Source: Octopus sinensis
Lineage: Eukaryota
Direction of reading: 5' to 3'
Assembly (NCBI RefSeq): GCF_006345805.1
Contig: NC_043005.1
Span: forward strand, 103,292,001 to 103,356,000
Length of the DNA stretch: 64,000 nucleotides
The notes under the pieces: model-generated
Database searches by the model: none
The model's input: only the letters and a program-made list of their open reading frames with translations
Told to the model about the DNA's origin: nothing
Made by a program: the position numbers and the translations under genes
In this document: one piece after another, positions 12,539-24,294 of the stretch
How positions within the stretch are numbered: position 1 is the first letter of the stretch
How the letters are laid out: the number at the start of each line of letters is the position of its first letter

Positions 12539-15500
12539 TTAGATGAGGCAAAATATTGCTAGATATCTAATCCAGTGTTCCGCTATTTCAGTCATCTTTT
12601 GTCTATATTCTATTAAAATAGATTTCTCCACTTCTAACAACTCAACAGTTTGGAAAGGAAGAATGGTAGATTAAATTTACCCCTATATTAATTTCATCGC
12701 TATCAAAGTCGTTCCGATATATTAGAACACGAAAATCCCACAAACCAGCAAGGGGCTTTCAACTTGATGGTTCTGCCAGCATGAAATAGTAACAAATCTC
12801 TCTCAAATGAAATCCTATCTTTTAAACAAGGAAGATAAACTACATAATTTAATTCACGATACCACTAAACACATGATTGCAATGGCCGAAAAGATTTTGA
12901 TCATAGCCTTGCCACATCAAGTTTAATCCGAGATCAAATAACTGAGAACATAAATTCGCTGAATTACATACTTTAATTCTTTCGTGTAGCACATTGATTT
13001 TTCTGACATTCACCACCATATTTATTTCTAATAATACGATTTCCACTATTGGCAGAAAACCACAGATTGTGATTTCTGTTTTAGAGGGAACGTCACAAAT
13101 CAGGTTAAGGTGGATGGGGGTTATTTAAAACTCAGCACATGAAAGAACGAAACTAAATACCACAGGCCTTTTGTATGTTGCTCCACCTACCCCGCTGTCG
13201 ACCACTATTCTCCCTCTTTTTTTGTTTTATGGGATAAGATTAATAACGAACGTTGTTGTCTCAATCGAACTGCAACATATCGTACACGAGAAACGATGTA
13301 CTTTGGTAACAAAGGCAGACATGCTTTCGCAGTCTAATTTCAATGTTTTGCAAATGGTTGTTTCCTGAGAATGAAAATATCTGTCTACATACGACATGCA
13401 AGTTCATATCGATTTCTTGTCTGGCAATTTAATTAAAAGTCAGTCTGCATCAAATAAACGCAGGTGTTCAGCAGTAAACACTGTTTTGATTGATTCAATA
13501 ATGTCCACTGTCCAAACGTCCGCAGAAAAATTTTTTATGAGTTTATCCGACAAGTGAGTCAGGTTTGGTTGATAATTTTATATTCGATAGTGTTGTATTT
13601 CCGGAAGGCGTTGCGTTGGTAGAAATGGTAGATAGCTAGATTAAATAACATGCAATATTTAGTTATGGCCTACTAAATTCAGGATTGGAATTTTACAGAT
13701 TTAATTATTAATTTCCATCCCCCTGTGGACGATAAAATTTGCACCAGTACAGGAATAGTATGAATTCAATCGACTTTAAGCTTCCTCCGTGGAAATATGT
13801 GGCAAGAAAGTAAAGTTATCAAATTAATATCGAATTTGTTCGACACAAAGCTTCTTCCATAAGAATGAAACTTTTGTAGTCACTTAGGTCGTCTACAGTT
13901 TATTTCCTGTTTATCGATTTGGAGAGGGGATTAAAGTTAATGTCAAATTCTACAGTATTAGATGCCATAGGAAATCTTGCCCAGTGAAATGATAATCGAA
14001 CCGTATTATTCTTCATTATTATAGTTATATCATATTAGGGCCCAAAGCAACACATTGTGAGTGCTAAAAGACGGTGACCATGACATTATTTAACATTCAC
14101 ATTTTCATTAATGAAATTAGAAGCGTAAATGAAGAAGGTTTTCTTGAAGTAGCATCTTGCTCAATATGGTTTCGCCCCTGCAACACACCATCAGCTCTTA
14201 ATTCGAAGATGCAAGTACTGTTATCTGTCTTTGCCTTTTCTACTGCTACTACAGTGCGCTTTTCTCTTCGAAAAACACGGGTATGGCTCGTTTCAATTCA
14301 AGCTCTGTGAATTTAGTCATTACTCCTTTCTTTATTGATATTGTGTCTACTAAATCCCATCCCACATCCCAATTTAAATACTACGCCAATGTCTTCTTCT
14401 GAACGACTTCCTTTCGCAATTCCCTCTCTGTTTCTTCAAAAGAACCTTCAAACACGTCGATCTCATCGGACTAAGAGCGAATGGAGAGTCGAGGACTCAA
14501 ACCATTCCAGACAAAGGCCATTAAAAAATGAATTTGTCAAACCTCCTCCTATATTGTGCACACCATCTTAATTAATTTTATCGCATGATAATTACAATAA
14601 TTAACTATTTTTAAATAATAGTTTCTATTATGATTTTGAATTTGTGTTGCAAGATTTCCAATGTGAAACCGTGTGTTGAAACAGATATTTTTATATTCCA
14701 AGCTGATCTTAGTTTTCCTATGAAATAAACACACACACAATATATTCGTCCCTTACTCGTTTATTATTGTTCTTATTTTAACTGATGTCAATTGTCCAGA
14801 AGTCTCTCGTCACACATTTGTGACCTCTTCCGCGACACTTTTCGTCCTCGTGTATGCTCCTGATCCGCTTAGTCCATTCTGTTCTATTTTCTATTATCTT
14901 CCATTCCTGCTGCATTCGCACTCCTCTATCAAATACCCATCATATCAGACTGGCAAACGATGTAGGTTCATAATGAGAATACTCAATTAAACTGAGGCTA
15001 CGTACACGATTGCAGTGGCCGGATTAGTGACGCTGACAAGAACTATCGAAAACGTGACAATAATATAAAACTATTTACTAGATGTTTGATATAAAGCTAA
15101 TACAGAAAAGTAGGAGAGTAGAAGGAAGAGAAAAAAACAAGCGGTAAATGAGATGGAGAAGACGGAGAAGAGAGAGGATAAGAATGATAGAAAGAAGTAG
15201 GAGAGAAGGAAGTGGGGAACCAGAAAAATAAATCCATAGGCATTGGTTATGTCCACCGCGGTAACTGAAGGACAAAACTTAATACGTTTCAGCTTATAGT
15301 GGTTTCTACATCTTCCACTTTTATGTATTTTCTGTGGCAACCACTCTGTTAAAGAATTACTACCAATAACCATACATATTCATTTTACATTTTGTTCGGC
15401 AGAAATCCTTACACCGTTTACGTCGATTTATTTCTCGTTTGTTCTGTCTCTACCTTATGTAAATGAGTATCTTGCTATAAAATGACTGTAAAGCATTTAC

Positions 15501-15699
15501 TTACCTCCAAAGTTGGTCTCAGATATCCATTACTTTATCTCTCTGTTCTTCATCTACACAGAACAGAAGACTTGGGTCCCTCTGAACTAATGACCCCTTC
15601 TTTGCTTTTTCGTCCCATGACAGTACTGTTGAACACGAATTTACAATTATTCTACCATATGTATATACACATATGTGTATATATATATGTGTGTATATA

Positions 15700-16034
15700 T
15701 ATATTATATTAAATTAGAGACAAAACCACTATTAGGCAAATCAAACAATGAAAAACTTAAGCCAATACATAAGATTATTTAATTTATATTATTTAAATAT
15801 ATAACAAAATTATTAAAAAAATAAATATTTAAACCACCTGATGAATGACTGTGACTTGAAAATTTGAAGAAGTTAGCAGCCATGAAACGTTCGTAGTGTG
15901 ATATTAATTATATTTTTTTAATAATTTTGCTATATACTTAAATAATATAAATTAAATAATCTTATGTATTGGCTTAAGTTTTTCATTGTTTGATTTGCCT
16001 AATAGTGGTTTTGTCTCTAATTTAATATAATATA
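15700..16034. repeat. 124-bp inverted repeat enclosing a hammerhead
   Basis: Arms 15700-15823 and 15911-16034 are reverse complements with two mismatches. Confidence 0.95.
15835..15898 (+). ncRNA. Minimal type I hammerhead ribozyme fold
   Basis: Stem I CAC/GTG, core CTGATGA (15838-15844), stem II ATGACTGTGAC/GTTAGCAGCCAT, GAA, stem III ACG-TT-CGT and a GUA site at 15895. Confidence 0.8.
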
Positions 16035-16073
16035 ATATTTTACTATAAAATTGGATTCAATCCTAAATCTGAT

Positions 16074-16111
16074 TTTTCCCTGTAAGTTTGGATTTATTCC
16101 CTAATATTTAT

Positions 16112-16151
<40 letters not shown>

Positions 16152-16251
16152 ACTATTATTATTATCATTATTATTATTATTATTATATCATTATTATTAT
16201 TATTATTATTATTACAATTTTAGGGAGCATAACTCCAAACTTGCAAGGAAA
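16074..16251. repeat. Short inverted repeat around a (TA)n/(TAT)n tract
   Basis: ttttccctgtaagtttggatttattccctaatatt pairs imperfectly with aattttagggagcataactccaaacttgcaaggaaaa. Confidence 0.8.
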
Positions 16252-16295
16252 ATTTCAATTTAATATTAATTAACTTTCACAATATAAATATATAA

Positions 16296-16881
16296 TATAT
16301 AAATTAGAGAAAAACCGCTATTATGCAATTCAAACAATGAAGGACATAAACTAAATCATAAATAAAAAATAAAATATATTTTTAAAATATATTTTAAAAC
16401 AAATAATTAGATTATAAAAAGTACAAAAATGAATAAACAATATGTAATAAATAAAAAAGCTACGAACGTTTCATGGCTATAATTTAAATTTGAATTACAA
16501 TTAAATTTAAATTGTATCGAAAAACTTTAATTTAAAATTATCGTCACTCTTCAGCTTAACAAAAACAACAATAATAGTTAAATAAGTAAGCAAATAGAAT
16601 TAAACAATATTTCTTAAAGAAATAAAATCAGGATTTTTCTTATAGAAGAAACTCATTGCCTAAATTTTAAACTTAAAACATTAGGACCAGTTGCCTACAA
16701 TACATTTATCATGTTAAATATTTAAAGTAAAAAAAAATAGAGTAAATAGAAAATGTATTTAGGTGTAAAGATATAATTTAGCTTTAATTAAAAAAAACAT
16801 TAATAACCTATAGAATATGCTTTTATTTATGATTTGATTTATGTATATCATTGTTTGAATTGCATAATAGCGGTTTTTCTC

Positions 16882-16891
<10 letters not shown>
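16296..16891 (-). mobile_element. Second copy of the hammerhead-bearing inverted-repeat family (Penelope-like terminal repeat candidate)
   Basis: Arms of about 72 bp (16296-16367 and 16821-16891) are homologous to the arms at 15711-15760; the internal HHR is on the minus strand. Confidence 0.7.
16457..16557 (-). ncRNA. Type I hammerhead fold with extended stem II and imperfect stem I
   Basis: Minus strand reads CTGAAGA gtgac...agccat GAAACGTTCGTA, with the same stem II base and stem III as the 15835 copy; stem I has a G-G clash next to the cleavage site. Confidence 0.6.
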
Positions 16892-16940
<49 letters not shown>

Positions 16941-17611
16941 AAGACGGACAGACATAGATACATACATATTTGTAAGTATATATCTCGCGGAATGTATTTA
17001 TGTTGATGCATGCATGTATCTGTATAATCTTGCATGTATACATGTATGTTTAAACTAAATAAACCCCAAAGAGAATAGAACTTATTAAACTTATTTCACA
17101 GGCGTTTGGGCGGCTCGAAATTACACATCATTGTAAATCAATAGTAAATTCGACATGAAAATCACAAATGGAAAGCTGAGATGCGTTTTCTGAACTAATA
17201 CAAAGAAAACATTTTTAGAGAATAAAAAGGAAAATATTTGAGCCTATCACTTCAGAGCAAATCATTCACGAGAAAAAAAAATATGCGAAGATACGACTGA
17301 CTCTGTTATTATCTAGTGTAACAATTTAAAAATGATGACAAAATCAGTAATATAGGCGATTGCAAACCCCACAAAAATATTAAATAGCTGAAGGATTAAA
17401 ATTAATCAAAGGACATACTAAGTATGTCTATCTGCTGGAAATAACAGTCACAACTCTTATCTTGCCGATTTTAATAAGAATTTTTACTATTATTTCCAGC
17501 AGGTTAACATACGTAATATGTCTTTTGATTAATTTTAATCCTTCAGTATATATATAATATATATATATATAGATGTATGTATGTATGTATGTATGTATGT
17601 ATGAATGTATA

Positions 17612-17787
17612 GTCACTCTTCAGGTTAACAATAATAGTTAAATAAATAAGCAAATAGAATTAAGTAATATTTCTTAAAGGTATAAAATCTTTATCTTTCT
17701 TATCGAAGAAACTTATTAACTGAATTTTAAACTTAAAACATTAGGACCAGTTGCCTACAATACATTTATCATGTTGAATATTTAAGT
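17612..17787 (-). pseudogene. Duplicate of 16543-16725 with truncated hammerhead (5' half only)
   Basis: aacCTGAAGAgtgac is retained on the minus strand; the rest is replaced by (ATGT)n. Confidence 0.65.
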
Positions 17788-18210
17788 TATCTATATATAT
17801 ATATATATGAATATTTAATTTATCATGTTAAATATTTAATATATATATAAATTTCTGTGGGCGTGTATATATATATATATACATGTGTGTGAGAGTATAC
17901 AAACACACATATGGTTATAATATAAACAAATGTAAGTATATGTTCAGACATACACATATATGATACATATAGCAGTAGTGATACAAGACAGAGTTGTGAA
18001 AGACAGAAACATGAAGCTTCTAGAAAGATATTAAGGAAATATTTTGTCTTCCAAAGTAATTTCACTGCACTTTGCCGCAAAGAAAATATTACATATATAC
18101 TTATTTCACAGCCGTTTGTGAAGCTCGAAATTACACATCTTGGCCAATGACCGGATGTTTTCTATGTAAATATGCATATATCTGTCTCTGTCTCTGTCTC
18201 TGTCTCTCTG

Positions 18211-18257
<47 letters not shown>

Positions 18258-18261
<4 letters not shown>

Positions 18262-18971
18262 TATTACATTATATAAAAGGGCTTAGTAAAATAAATTACT
18301 TTGCCGCATACTTTTATATAATGTAATAATTTGAATTCGCCTTAAATGGTCCCTTTGCATACTGAATACTTGGTGAAATTGATTAATTAATTAATTTTAC
18401 CCTCAATTGTTGAAATTATAATTCATCTCTCTCTATTTAAATGCCTCGGATTTTACCGAAAAAAGCATAGTGTTTACTGATTTTAACCCACGCTGGTGGA
18501 AAGGGGAGAGCAGAAATTCTTCGCTTGCATATTTGAGTTTGTTGGCACTGTTAGTTTCGAGCAGATCTTCAGAAGCGATAAGAAGCCGAAAGGGTATGCT
18601 CCCACTTTCAGTGTTTTCAAATCCAAACCAGGGAGTTCTGAGCTGATGATAGAAATGTCGAGTTTGACTAATCTTGAAACGTACGTTCTCAAATAACCTT
18701 TGCATTTGATTTTTTAATGTCTCTACCCCATACTTTCGTGAGTTGAATTGAGCAAACACTATATGAGAGAGGTTTTCTTTAAGTATTAGAAATAGTTTTA
18801 AAAAAGTTTTTTTTGGCTGCTATTTCTAATGAGTTCAGTATGCGGCAAAGTAATTTATTTTACTAAGCCCTTTTATATAATGTAATAATTTGAATTCGCC
18901 TTAAATGGTCCCTTTGCATACTGAATACTTGGTGAAATTGATCAATTAATTAATTTTACCCTGAATTGTTG

Positions 18972-18979
<8 letters not shown>
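18258..18979. repeat. 109-bp direct repeat plus 54-bp inversion bracketing a coding-like fragment
   Basis: 18312-18420 matches 18871-18979 with two mismatches; 18258-18311 is the exact reverse complement of 18838-18891. Confidence 0.9.
18483..18710 (-). pseudogene. Possible Penelope-like RT thumb-region fragment
   Basis: KGYLRTYVSRLVKLDISIISSELPGLDLKTLKVGAYPFGFL loosely resembles the Penelope motif T-x-V-x-R...EL...NGYP-x-x-FI; judged by eye only. Confidence 0.3.
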
Positions 18980-19015
<36 letters not shown>

Positions 19016-19789
19016 AGTGTGTGTGTACACATATATACACGCGTGCTTGTGAATTGTAGATAGATAAATTATATATGCAAACAGATATACACATATACGT
19101 ATATACTATTTAAAAACACCTTATCGGCTCTGTGCCGCCCTCTCTTGTACTCTTAGACGCATTCCTGGATTCCTATCTTTCCTTAGTACGAGATACCGAA
19201 GTGAGATAAAACCTGAGCAAATTAGAAATTCATAGCCTTATAATTAAACAGTCAATAATACCGATACACGACCGCCTGGTCAGAACAAATACAGTAGGAG
19301 TAGCTATAGCTTTGGAATCACCTTTGGTTTATCTTTCTTCAGTGTCTCTCACGGAGGAAGTCTGGAGAGACAGAAATGCCTCTATGAGTTAGATGGTGTG
19401 TTTTTACACATTTTACTATAAGTGATAATTTTTCCTACCCGGTAAACTGCAGTGAAAATTCATTTTAGAAGTTAAAATATATTGCAAACATATTAGAACT
19501 AACTTAAAAATACATAATTCATATTTTCCATACATCATCCTGAAATGCACCTAAACACATCATCAGAGATATTTCCTTAGGTCATTAGGTGCTTCAGGTA
19601 TTTCAACATCAGACGTATACAGATGCATAGTAATGCATAATATATGCGTATATATTTATTTAAACACGTCAAGACTCTCTTAAATCACTCTCTACCTAAG
19701 ACACCTGGTAATAAATAACCCAGAGTTATATAATGCAAGTAAGTTATACCTAGAAAAATGGGTTAGGCACAGCTTGAATGTCATTTATC

Positions 19790-20018
19790 TTTTATCTTTT
19801 ACTTGCTTCAGTCATTTGACTGCGGCCATGCTGGAGCACCGCCTTCAGTCGAGCAAATCGACCCCAGGACTTATTCTTTGGAAGCGTAGTTCTTATTCTA
19901 TCGGTCTCTATTGCCGAGCCGCTAAGTTACGGGGACGTAAACACGCCACCATCGGTTGTCAAGCGATGTTGGGGGCACAAACACATACACGCAAATGCAT
20001 ACATACACACACACACAC

Positions 20019-20063
<45 letters not shown>

Positions 20064-20227
20064 CGACGGGCTTTTTTCAATTTCCGTCTAACAAATCCAC
20101 TCACAAGGCTTTGGTCGGCCCGGGAGTATAGTAGAAGACACTTTCCCAAGGTGCCACACAGTGGGAATTAAACCCGGAACCATGTGGTTGGTAATCAAGC
20201 TACTTACCACACAGCTACTCCTGCGCA
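19790..20227 (-). mobile_element. SINE family B with internal microsatellite
   Basis: Colinear with 3820-4244. Confidence 0.9.
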
Positions 20228-20602
20228 TTTAATCAGATTTTCGTTTAATCAGGCTTGAAGCAGGTCGTAACAGCAACAACAAACACAGGGTGGTGAACTG
20301 AGACACGAAAGATAATTGACAAACGAAATACATACCCGGAGAATATGAGTATAATGGTAACAGAATGAAATATAGCTAGCAAAATACTTATTTGCAAATA
20401 CCACCATCACCACTATTTTAATAACTGGTACATCTTCCCCGATGGCAGCAGCTGCATTAGAACTACAATTAACAAATGAAACCTAAGAATATATAAGTAT
20501 GTGAAGAGCATTGGGAAAAAGATGTATAACAAATGCATATATATGCGTGCGTGTGTGTACGTGTGTGTGTGTACGTGTGTGTAAGTGTGTTGTGTGCATA
20601 TT

Positions 20603-20880
20603 CCCGTGACCGACCAGGCTATCAGATGTTGCTACACATCGCTGGTCACAATGCGCTTTGCATTTTTTTAGCATTCAACTGACGCCACCCCGCTGGCTAA
20701 GCGAGCAGGCCAATAGAAGAGTGAAAGTTCTGGCGAAAGAGTACAGCAGGGGACGCCACCATCCCCTGCCGGAGCATCGTAGAGCTTTAGGTGTTTTCGC
20801 TCAATAAACACTCACAACGCCCGGTCTGGGAATCGAAACCGAGAGTCCGCTGCCCTAACCACTGAGCCATTGCGCCTCCA
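20603..20880 (-). mobile_element. tRNA-derived SINE family C
   Basis: Head tggaggcgcaatggctcagtggttagggcagcggactc...ggtttcgattccc; homologous to 47366-47671. Confidence 0.9.
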
Positions 20881-21601
20881 CGTGAGTGTATATACGAGAG
20901 ATAATATGTGAAAGGGATGGCGCCACGAAGCAAACAGACGGATTGCGATAGTGAGCGAGTGAGTGACTGAGCGAGGAGAAAGAATGGCAATATCAAAAAT
21001 GTCAAATTTTGGCATGAAAAATACAAAATTTATAAACGAAATATAAAAAAAAAAATACACGAATTACGTTGGTTTATAACAATTGCAATTCGAAACAATA
21101 GTAATGAAATAAGTGAGACATTATTTAATTAAAACCTACATCAGACCGTGTTCTTGTTTGGATTAAACCTGTATGTGTGTATGGGGGCGGAAGTCGAGGA
21201 AGAGAATTGTGTCTAAATATAAAGAATACAACAGATTGTCAACTAATATCTTATCTAGAAAGAATTATTTCTTGTTTAGTTGAGTATATCATATAACAAT
21301 CTGTGAAGATTCTAATTATATTATACGCCAATGTATAGCAATTGTAATTCAATTATGTATTATGTATTATATCATTGGAGGTGGTCGGTAGAGAGTAAAA
21401 TCTGTAGAGAATTTGCGTGCATGTTAATACACACAGGCACAAAGATATATATATGTATACATGCACTTATGTATATATACATGTGTGAATATATATATAT
21501 ATACACATATGTGTGTATATGTATGTATATTTACTTATCTATATATATGTGTGTGTGTGTATTATGTACAATATTTTATATTTTTAAATTTCTAAATTAT
21601 G

Positions 21602-21639
<38 letters not shown>

Positions 21640-21892
21640 GTGATATATATTATATATAAAAGTATATACATATGTAATACACACTCACACACATATACAC
21701 GCACACACATACATATATATTTGTCCGTGTATGTGTGTGCGTACATTCATTATTCTATACACTGATAACATCCAAAATTATAAAAATAAACTTTATAAAA
21801 TTCAGACTGTTAACAATATTTAGAAATCATAAAGTCCTAATCTAAAATGTATTCCTATTTTTTGATAAAATTTAATACAATTCAACCTACAG

Positions 21893-22022
21893 CATCGGCG
21901 AATTGAGATCCCTAAGAGTGTTGGACAGAATGTCGTACGGTATTTATCTAAAGTTTAAGTGCTCTGAGTTCAAATCCTCTCAAGATCAACTTCACCTTTC
22001 ATTTTTCTGGGGTCGATAAAAC
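21893..22022 (+). mobile_element. SINE family A, degenerate
   Basis: ctgagttcaaatcc followed by cctttcatttttctggggtcgataaa. Confidence 0.6.
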
Positions 22023-22559
22023 AACATGTTTATACCATGCGGACGACTGCGTTATTCTAAGAGATTCGACCAGACAGTTACAGTACTTGTTACAGCTCTT
22101 TGCGCTCTGATTTCAAATCCCACCACGGAATACTAGGATGTTAGATTTCATATATAACCTGATTTAACTTAAGTTCAGTAGTTACGTTCAGCAGACCTCT
22201 TGTAGGCATGAAGGCCAGGACTCTAGTGTGCAAACACCCTGCTCCTTCCGTACCACATTTTTGTAGAGTGTAATATGCCCTACTTTTTCTGCGACTGAAA
22301 TTTGTAGAAAAACAAAGAAAGAATTTATCGCAAATTAAAGGAATCCTGGCGTATAAACTTATAATAATATGATTAGTGTATGTATTTTGTTGTTGTGTGA
22401 AAGTTGTGTAGCTTTAACATAAAAAGTATGGATAGCAGGGTGGACGGTACACCACTCTGAGAATTACAAGTTGTGGATGCATTGTAATTGCACTTAAAAA
22501 ATCTCGGAATCCTTACAGTAACTTGCTTGTTAGTACTTTGCGTTCTTCTATTTCATTCT

Positions 22560-23090
22560 TTAGGTAGAGTTGAGAATTTATTGATATGGGTATAGAACGG
22601 GTATTGGAGTCACAAGCTTTTCTGACATTGGCATTACTAAGATAATATGTACTACGGTGTTTCTTTCTTTTTTTATTGTTGACGCCATCAAGTATTTTGT
22701 GTCAGTCTTTTGAGAAAACTGATGGTTTAATGTAGTGGGTAATATACATGCAGCAAGACGGGTGGCATGTGTGGTAGCGATGACAATGATTAGCATGGAG
22801 TAATGACTTGGTACCCCAGCTTCTAGATGTTTTAGCAGTGTAATATTGGTACCATTAGGTATAAAGGCAGCTGAGGTCAATAATTCTTTCACACCCAAGA
22901 CGTTTCAGGTGTACATATATCTTAATTTCTATTGCGGGTTTTACCGTTTCTAATATTGTTTGAAGCATAAATCTACTTTCAGTAGGTTTTTTTCTCACCA
23001 CTTCAAAAAAATCTAATGTTGTAACACCTTTGTTTCGGTGATACATTTGTGGCCTTCCACCTAAATAACTACCATTAATTGACATTTAAG
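22560..23090 (-). pseudogene. Mariner-type transposase N-terminal remnant
   Basis: GRPQ...VRKKP...YVHLKRLG (helix-turn-helix), then after a frameshift LEAGVPSHY (WVPHEL-like) and TRLAAC...HQF. Confidence 0.55.
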
Positions 23091-24294
23091 CTGTTCTATT
23101 CAGATGGTAATTCGTTACTGCATCAAATAGAAATTAAGAATGAAAAGAAATTAAAATATATCTAATGATAAAGTGTAATATATTTAAATGATATTATATT
23201 GAATCTGAAACGAATTCCATTCAATCTGATAAAATATTTTAAAATTCAACGTCATTACAACAGACAAGAATGGAATATAAAAAACAAAGCAATAATTTTT
23301 AAAACGGAGAAAATTTGTAAGGAAATGGAATAAAATTGAATGAAATACATTAGTGTTTGAAGCAAATTTAAATTGCAGTAAATTAGAAATACAATTTTAA
23401 TTATAAATGATGTCATAAATAATTCGAATAATTGTAGTAATCGATGCAAAATACACACTTCTGGTTAGTTTAGTATGTCTAACTAAATATCAGTTACCAA
23501 TAATCCAGAGAGAAATATTCTATGTGGTTACTGATGCTGCTAAAATTAACGGGGAAAACTTCCTCAAATAATGCGCTAATCTGTTTTAAAATTTCAAGAG
23601 CACGTTTGGAAATGTAGCTTAGTCTTCATTATGCCCAAAAGAAAACGAATAAGAGATTGTAACGATTAGAATTTATTTGGTCCTTGGTTTGTTCAATCAG
23701 CGCCATTTTATGAGTTAAAAAAAAGGTGAAATATGTTTCCTGATTCTTAAAGAAATATGAAGGGCCTTGAGGGTTTTATAGTTTTTTTAGGGTGGCTTCT
23801 TAGCTATACCTTTGCAAATTAATTTTATGTGATAAATGTTCAAAACTTGCATTATTTTATTTTATAATCCTGAATATACTCTTTCTCTCTTATCGCAGAT
23901 AATTAAACCTGTGAAATTTAGCTTGCAAGCCTTACAAAACATCATGACAACACAAATTCAGTTTTCTTTTGTGTCATGGACTCCTACACTTAGTGTAACA
24001 TTACCACTTAGTTTTTGTTTTTTAACACACCATCACTTTGTTGCAATATATGGGAGTAGATGAAGTAGATGAACGGGTTAAATATGACAAGAACGGAAGA
24101 GGTAAATGAATAGGATTTGGTGACGGCTTTCTTAGTTGAGAGAAGGACCGTTGTAAAATTAGCTGAGTTACAGGCATCTTCGGTATCGCTTCGTCTGATA
24201 GAAATGACACAAAATCTCTCACAAATCTCTCCATTCTTACATTGAGTAATGTCATTCAGGACACTTCATTTGCCGCCACATAAAGTGCATTCTG

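Noticed and set aside
16620-16720. FKLKTLGPVAYN resembling a GIY-YIG C-terminal motif
   Set aside because: Too short, opposite in orientation to the adjacent hammerhead, and the duplicate copy has a stop just upstream.
18648-18675. CTGATGA-ta-GAAA-TGTC
   Set aside because: No stem II or stem III, and the flanks (gag/gag) cannot form stem I.
18825-18950. CTAATGA...stem...GAAATTGATCAATT read as a hammerhead
   Set aside because: G5 is mutated, extra bases separate the stem from GAAA, stem I is poor, and the homologous copy at 48033 lacks both core motifs.
20336-20451. Minus-strand open segment between tgcag and gtatgt
   Set aside because: A single short candidate exon with no homologue I can recognise and no partner exons.
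24180-24280. LRR-like string SLTNLSILTLSNVIQDTSF, and a similar one near 9440-9520 on the minus strand
   Set aside because: Isolated and flanked by stops; such strings arise easily by chance in AT-rich DNA.
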